Shown here piece after piece: positions 61,080 to 64,000 of a DNA stretch of 64,000 bases. The notes beneath the pieces are model-generated. The model saw only the letters and a program-made list of their open reading frames with translations. It was not told the origin of the DNA and did no database searches. Location of the stretch: positions 64,001-128,000 of the IMG/VR virus record IMGVR_UViG_3300010352_000625; one strand, given 5' to 3'. The position numbers were made by a program, and so were the translations under genes. Position 1 is the first letter of the stretch. Each line of letters begins with the position of its first letter. This DNA comes from a virus (taxonomy: Duplodnaviria; Caudoviricetes).

Positions 61080-61427
61080 TTAAATCGACCTCTCAATTTC
61101 TTTCTCTACATATTCTATTATATTACCAGTTTTTTCATCAATATAATTAGTAACTTCCATCGTAACAACTTTAGTTGTTTTTTCTATTTTAACTTTTCTT
61201 GGTTGATAATGAAATGAATTTTCTTGATATTCAGTTAAACCTTTTTCCCATTCTAAAATATAAGTTTGATTATTAAACTCAATTATAGAAGAAACAAATC
61301 TACTCCAACGACCGTCATCACCTTCAATATCTTTAATTGAATACTCCTGTAAATAAGATAATTCACTTTCAAATAGATTTGTTCCATCATTAAGTTTTTG
61401 TATTATTTCCATATCTTCTTCATTCAT
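61080..61427 (-). CDS. Hypothetical protein
   Basis: RWS...W..GLTEYQEN motif seen in Firmicute phages. Confidence 0.75.
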   Translation of the reverse strand: MNEEDMEIIQKLNDGTNLFESELSYLQEYSIKDIEGDDGRWSRFVSSIIEFNNQTYILEWEKGLTEYQENSFHYQPRKVKIEKTTKVVTMEVTNYIDEKTGNIIEYVEKEIERSI

Positions 61428-61524
61428 TTTTCATTCCCCCTTACTATTTTATACAGTGAATATATTATAGAAAATACTATTGATATAAATGATATTAACA
61501 CAATTCCACAATTAAATAACATAT

Positions 61525-62025
61525 TTAATTCCACATAGACGTTAAATGTGTACCTAACAAATTAAGACCAACATTCACTTTATCAATATAATCTTTGTTT
61601 TCTTTATTTTTTTCTATATTATCTAAACTAATTTCTTCTAAAGCAAATATTATAGTATTCATAATACTACAATACATTTCAAAAGACATATTTCCCGGCA
61701 TCCCAAGTTTATTTTTATTATATTTTTTAATTGTTGGTAATATAGCATTAGCAATATCTTTAGTCATAAAATTACTAAAAATACATAAACCATAATCTAA
61801 TTTTAATAAATTATAATCATCATTCACACAATTATCATTATATCGATTACTAGCAATTTCGTCTAATGACCAAATAGCATTATCTAACATTTTATCAAAT
61901 ATAAAATCTTGAATATCTTTTGGATATTCAGTTCTATTTTCTCTACGTTTTTTGATTAATGGTAGTGCTAATTGTGCTACTATTTCAAACTCATCGTAAT
62001 ATTCTCGTTCAATATTTTCCATCAT
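61525..62025 (-). CDS. Hypothetical protein
   Basis: ORF track; ends GL.LLG.HL..MWN. Confidence 0.7.
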   Translation of the reverse strand: MMENIEREYYDEFEIVAQLALPLIKKRRENRTEYPKDIQDFIFDKMLDNAIWSLDEIASNRYNDNCVNDDYNLLKLDYGLCIFSNFMTKDIANAILPTIKKYNKNKLGMPGNMSFEMYCSIMNTIIFALEEISLDNIEKNKENKDYIDKVNVGLNLLGTHLTSMWN

Positions 62026-62184
62026 ATTACAAATTCACCATCTTTTTTGATATTATATTTTTTATACAATAAACAATGTTCACAATAAATTTCACACATA
62101 GTGCAACAAGTACATCCACTATTTAATATTTCTTCTATAGATGGTTTGTTATTTGTTTCAATCATTTTATAATTTATTCTAATT

Positions 62185-62718
62185 TTATCTATAATAAGTA
62201 TAGATATTATTGCAATGTATATCTATTTCGATGATCATTTCCATTTCACCAAACAAAACATATTCTATTTTTCTAGCTAATGGTAAACTTTTCTTTTTAA
62301 TTATATATTTATTATCAATATCTAGATTATATTTTTTAAGTATTTTATTTAGTTTCTTTATATTTTCTTCTAACAATACTATATTAGCTTCAGCTTTGAT
62401 TGGTTTAATAAAATAGTATATCAAATTATATATGAATTTAAAAGGATATATAAGTATATTAAATATATAATTAAATATTCTATCTAGATTAAAAATCATA
62501 TTATTTATCCAACAATCTTCTAACCAACTATATGGTACTATATATTTCATGAATACATTACTGAAAACGTTTTCGATTAGATATTCAACTGATGTATATA
62601 TGGGAATAGTAATAGTCTTACTATTGGTATTATCAAAATCTTTATATTCATATACAGTTACATTACAAGCAGGATTGTCGCACTCACAATAAAATATCTT
62701 AGTTTTACATTTATTCAT
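62185..62718 (-). CDS. Hypothetical protein
   Basis: SD AGGAG; first gene after a promoter. Confidence 0.7.
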   Translation of the reverse strand: MNKCKTKIFYCECDNPACNVTVYEYKDFDNTNSKTITIPIYTSVEYLIENVFSNVFMKYIVPYSWLEDCWINNMIFNLDRIFNYIFNILIYPFKFIYNLIYYFIKPIKAEANIVLLEENIKKLNKILKKYNLDIDNKYIIKKKSLPLARKIEYVLFGEMEMIIEIDIHCNNIYTYYR

Positions 62719-62747
62719 ATATTTTATTCTCCTATTTAATTATATAT

Positions 62748-62776
62748 ATTATAACACAATCTCTGTTATATGTCAA
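62748..62776 (-). promoter_or_regulatory. Consensus SigA promoter
   Basis: TTGACA-17 nt-TATAAT with TG. Confidence 0.85.
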
Positions 62777-63199
62777 TTAGTAATTTAGTAAGTCAACAAT
62801 TTTTTTAAGTGTTTTATATTCAGTTTCATAAATATGAGAATAACTAGTTATATCAACAATATGTTCATCATAATAACTCATTGAAACTAAATACCAATCT
62901 GGACCTTGAAAAATATAATCGTGACAATTTTTCTCATATTCAGGAAGTATTTTTAATAATGCATTAAATTCTTTTTGATTATTAATGTAATAAGCTATAT
63001 CATAATCGTAATTATAAGAGTTTTCTGTTATATCTGTTAATTCAATATGTTTTGTTCTTTCATGAAACTTTCTATATTCTTCTTTTTCATCCATTTTATT
63101 TTCATAAATGTTACATTTATCATAAGTATCAAATTCAGTACCATCTTCTACAATATAGATTTTACTTTTTGTAACTGTTATATTATTAACTATCTTCAT
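62777..63199 (-). CDS. Hypothetical protein
   Basis: Y...DGTEF....C..YE motif common in phage early genes. Confidence 0.75.
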   Translation of the reverse strand: MKIVNNITVTKSKIYIVEDGTEFDTYDKCNIYENKMDEKEEYRKFHERTKHIELTDITENSYNYDYDIAYYINNQKEFNALLKILPEYEKNCHDYIFQGPDWYLVSMSYYDEHIVDITSYSHIYETEYKTLKKIVDLLNY

Positions 63200-63301
63200 T
63201 ATAATCTCTTTCCTTCGTATAATCCAAGTAAAGATGATAGAGTATCTTCTTCTGATATTACTTGACCATCTAATACCTGACTTAATATATTTCTTTTACT
63301 G

Positions 63302-64000
63302 TCAATCATTATTTTCTACATTAGGTTTTTGATAATTATAATTAAATATATTCATATTAAATTCTGGCTGTTTTATTTCTATTCTTTTACTATCAGCTAT
63401 TCTTTTATAAAATTTCAAATCTTTTTCTTTAGGATTAGCTAAATTTTTATATTTATCAAATAAATTAAGTATCACACTAGCTTTTTTATTTAATGGATAT
63501 ATATATCTGAACATTAATCCATAAACTTTAGAATATTCTTATATTCGCAGTAATTATAAGTGAGCCAAAATAATTTATCTTTATTTTCATATTTTTCATT
63601 TTCTCTTAATAATAAACGAGAACTTCTAGGATGAATCTTCTCACCAGTATTATTATCTATATAAACAGAAGTTAGAAAATTGCCTATATATCTAAAATTA
63701 CTAGCTTGATAAACATAACCACATTTGCCCATTATACCATCAGCTAGTGTATATAAAAATAAACAATCAGTATTTTGTTTCATCCATTTAATTAATGCTG
63801 ATATAACTTGACTACCAAAATTTTTAGTATTATTATATTTAGGTAAAAAACACATCTTTCCTATTTCATAATAATCTTTTGTTTTTAAATCATAATCAGG
63901 AAATATTTTTTGTATAGTTTTTAATGGTTGAGTTCCCCATCCTAAAGTAACTACACCACTTAATTCATTATCCAGATACACACCAATATAATATTTAGTT
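63302..64000 (-). CDS. Mom-like (GNAT) DNA-modification protein, split by a frameshift near 63525; start lies beyond the window
   Basis: GVVTLGWG, EIGKMC and YTLADG...GYVYQASNF.Y.G motifs. The -1 frame continues KVYGLMFRYIYPL. Confidence 0.7.

Noticed and set aside
1-64000. Alternative genetic code (TAG/TGA recoding seen in some gut jumbo phages)
   Set aside because: Genes are full length in code 11, and TAG and TGA serve as real stops before SD-led downstream genes.
1-64000. tRNA/rRNA genes, introns, inteins
   Set aside because: None were recognised; helicase, primase and clamp loader are of normal length and uninterrupted.

Overview
Very AT-rich segment of a large T4-like (myovirus or jumbo) phage genome in the standard genetic code. 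The host is probably a Firmicute. This is inferred from perfect TTGACA-N17-TATAAT promoters with a TG extended -10, strong Shine-Dalgarno (SD) sites, and YopX, YkuK, DUF3850 and GLUG-type genes. 1-11 kb (minus): putative virion-internal proteins, a T5 A1-like nuclease, gp46/gp47 (Rad50/Mre11), a 5'-3' exonuclease, sliding clamp and clamp loader. 12.5-16.5 kb (plus): gp55-like sigma factor and DnaB/gp41 helicase. 16.5-48 kb (plus): contractile-tail baseplate and fibre module. 48-64 kb (mostly minus): lytic transglycosylase, small early genes, DHH, Nudix, RuvC, dNMP kinase, primase, Dam-like and Mom-like genes. The most notable items missing from the ORF track are: (1) a 164-bp protein-free IS200/IS605 derivative at 49160-49323 that keeps both end hairpins, self-consistent guide/cleavage tetramers and a TnpB omegaRNA-like scaffold; (2) a probable +1/-2 programmed frameshift in the tail chaperone; (3) a circularly permuted DHH phosphoesterase; (4) genes apparently starting at ATT/ATA; (5) a frameshifted mom-like gene; (6) a GAA-triloop hairpin locus that may be an origin. 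All family calls come from motif recognition by eye, not database searches.
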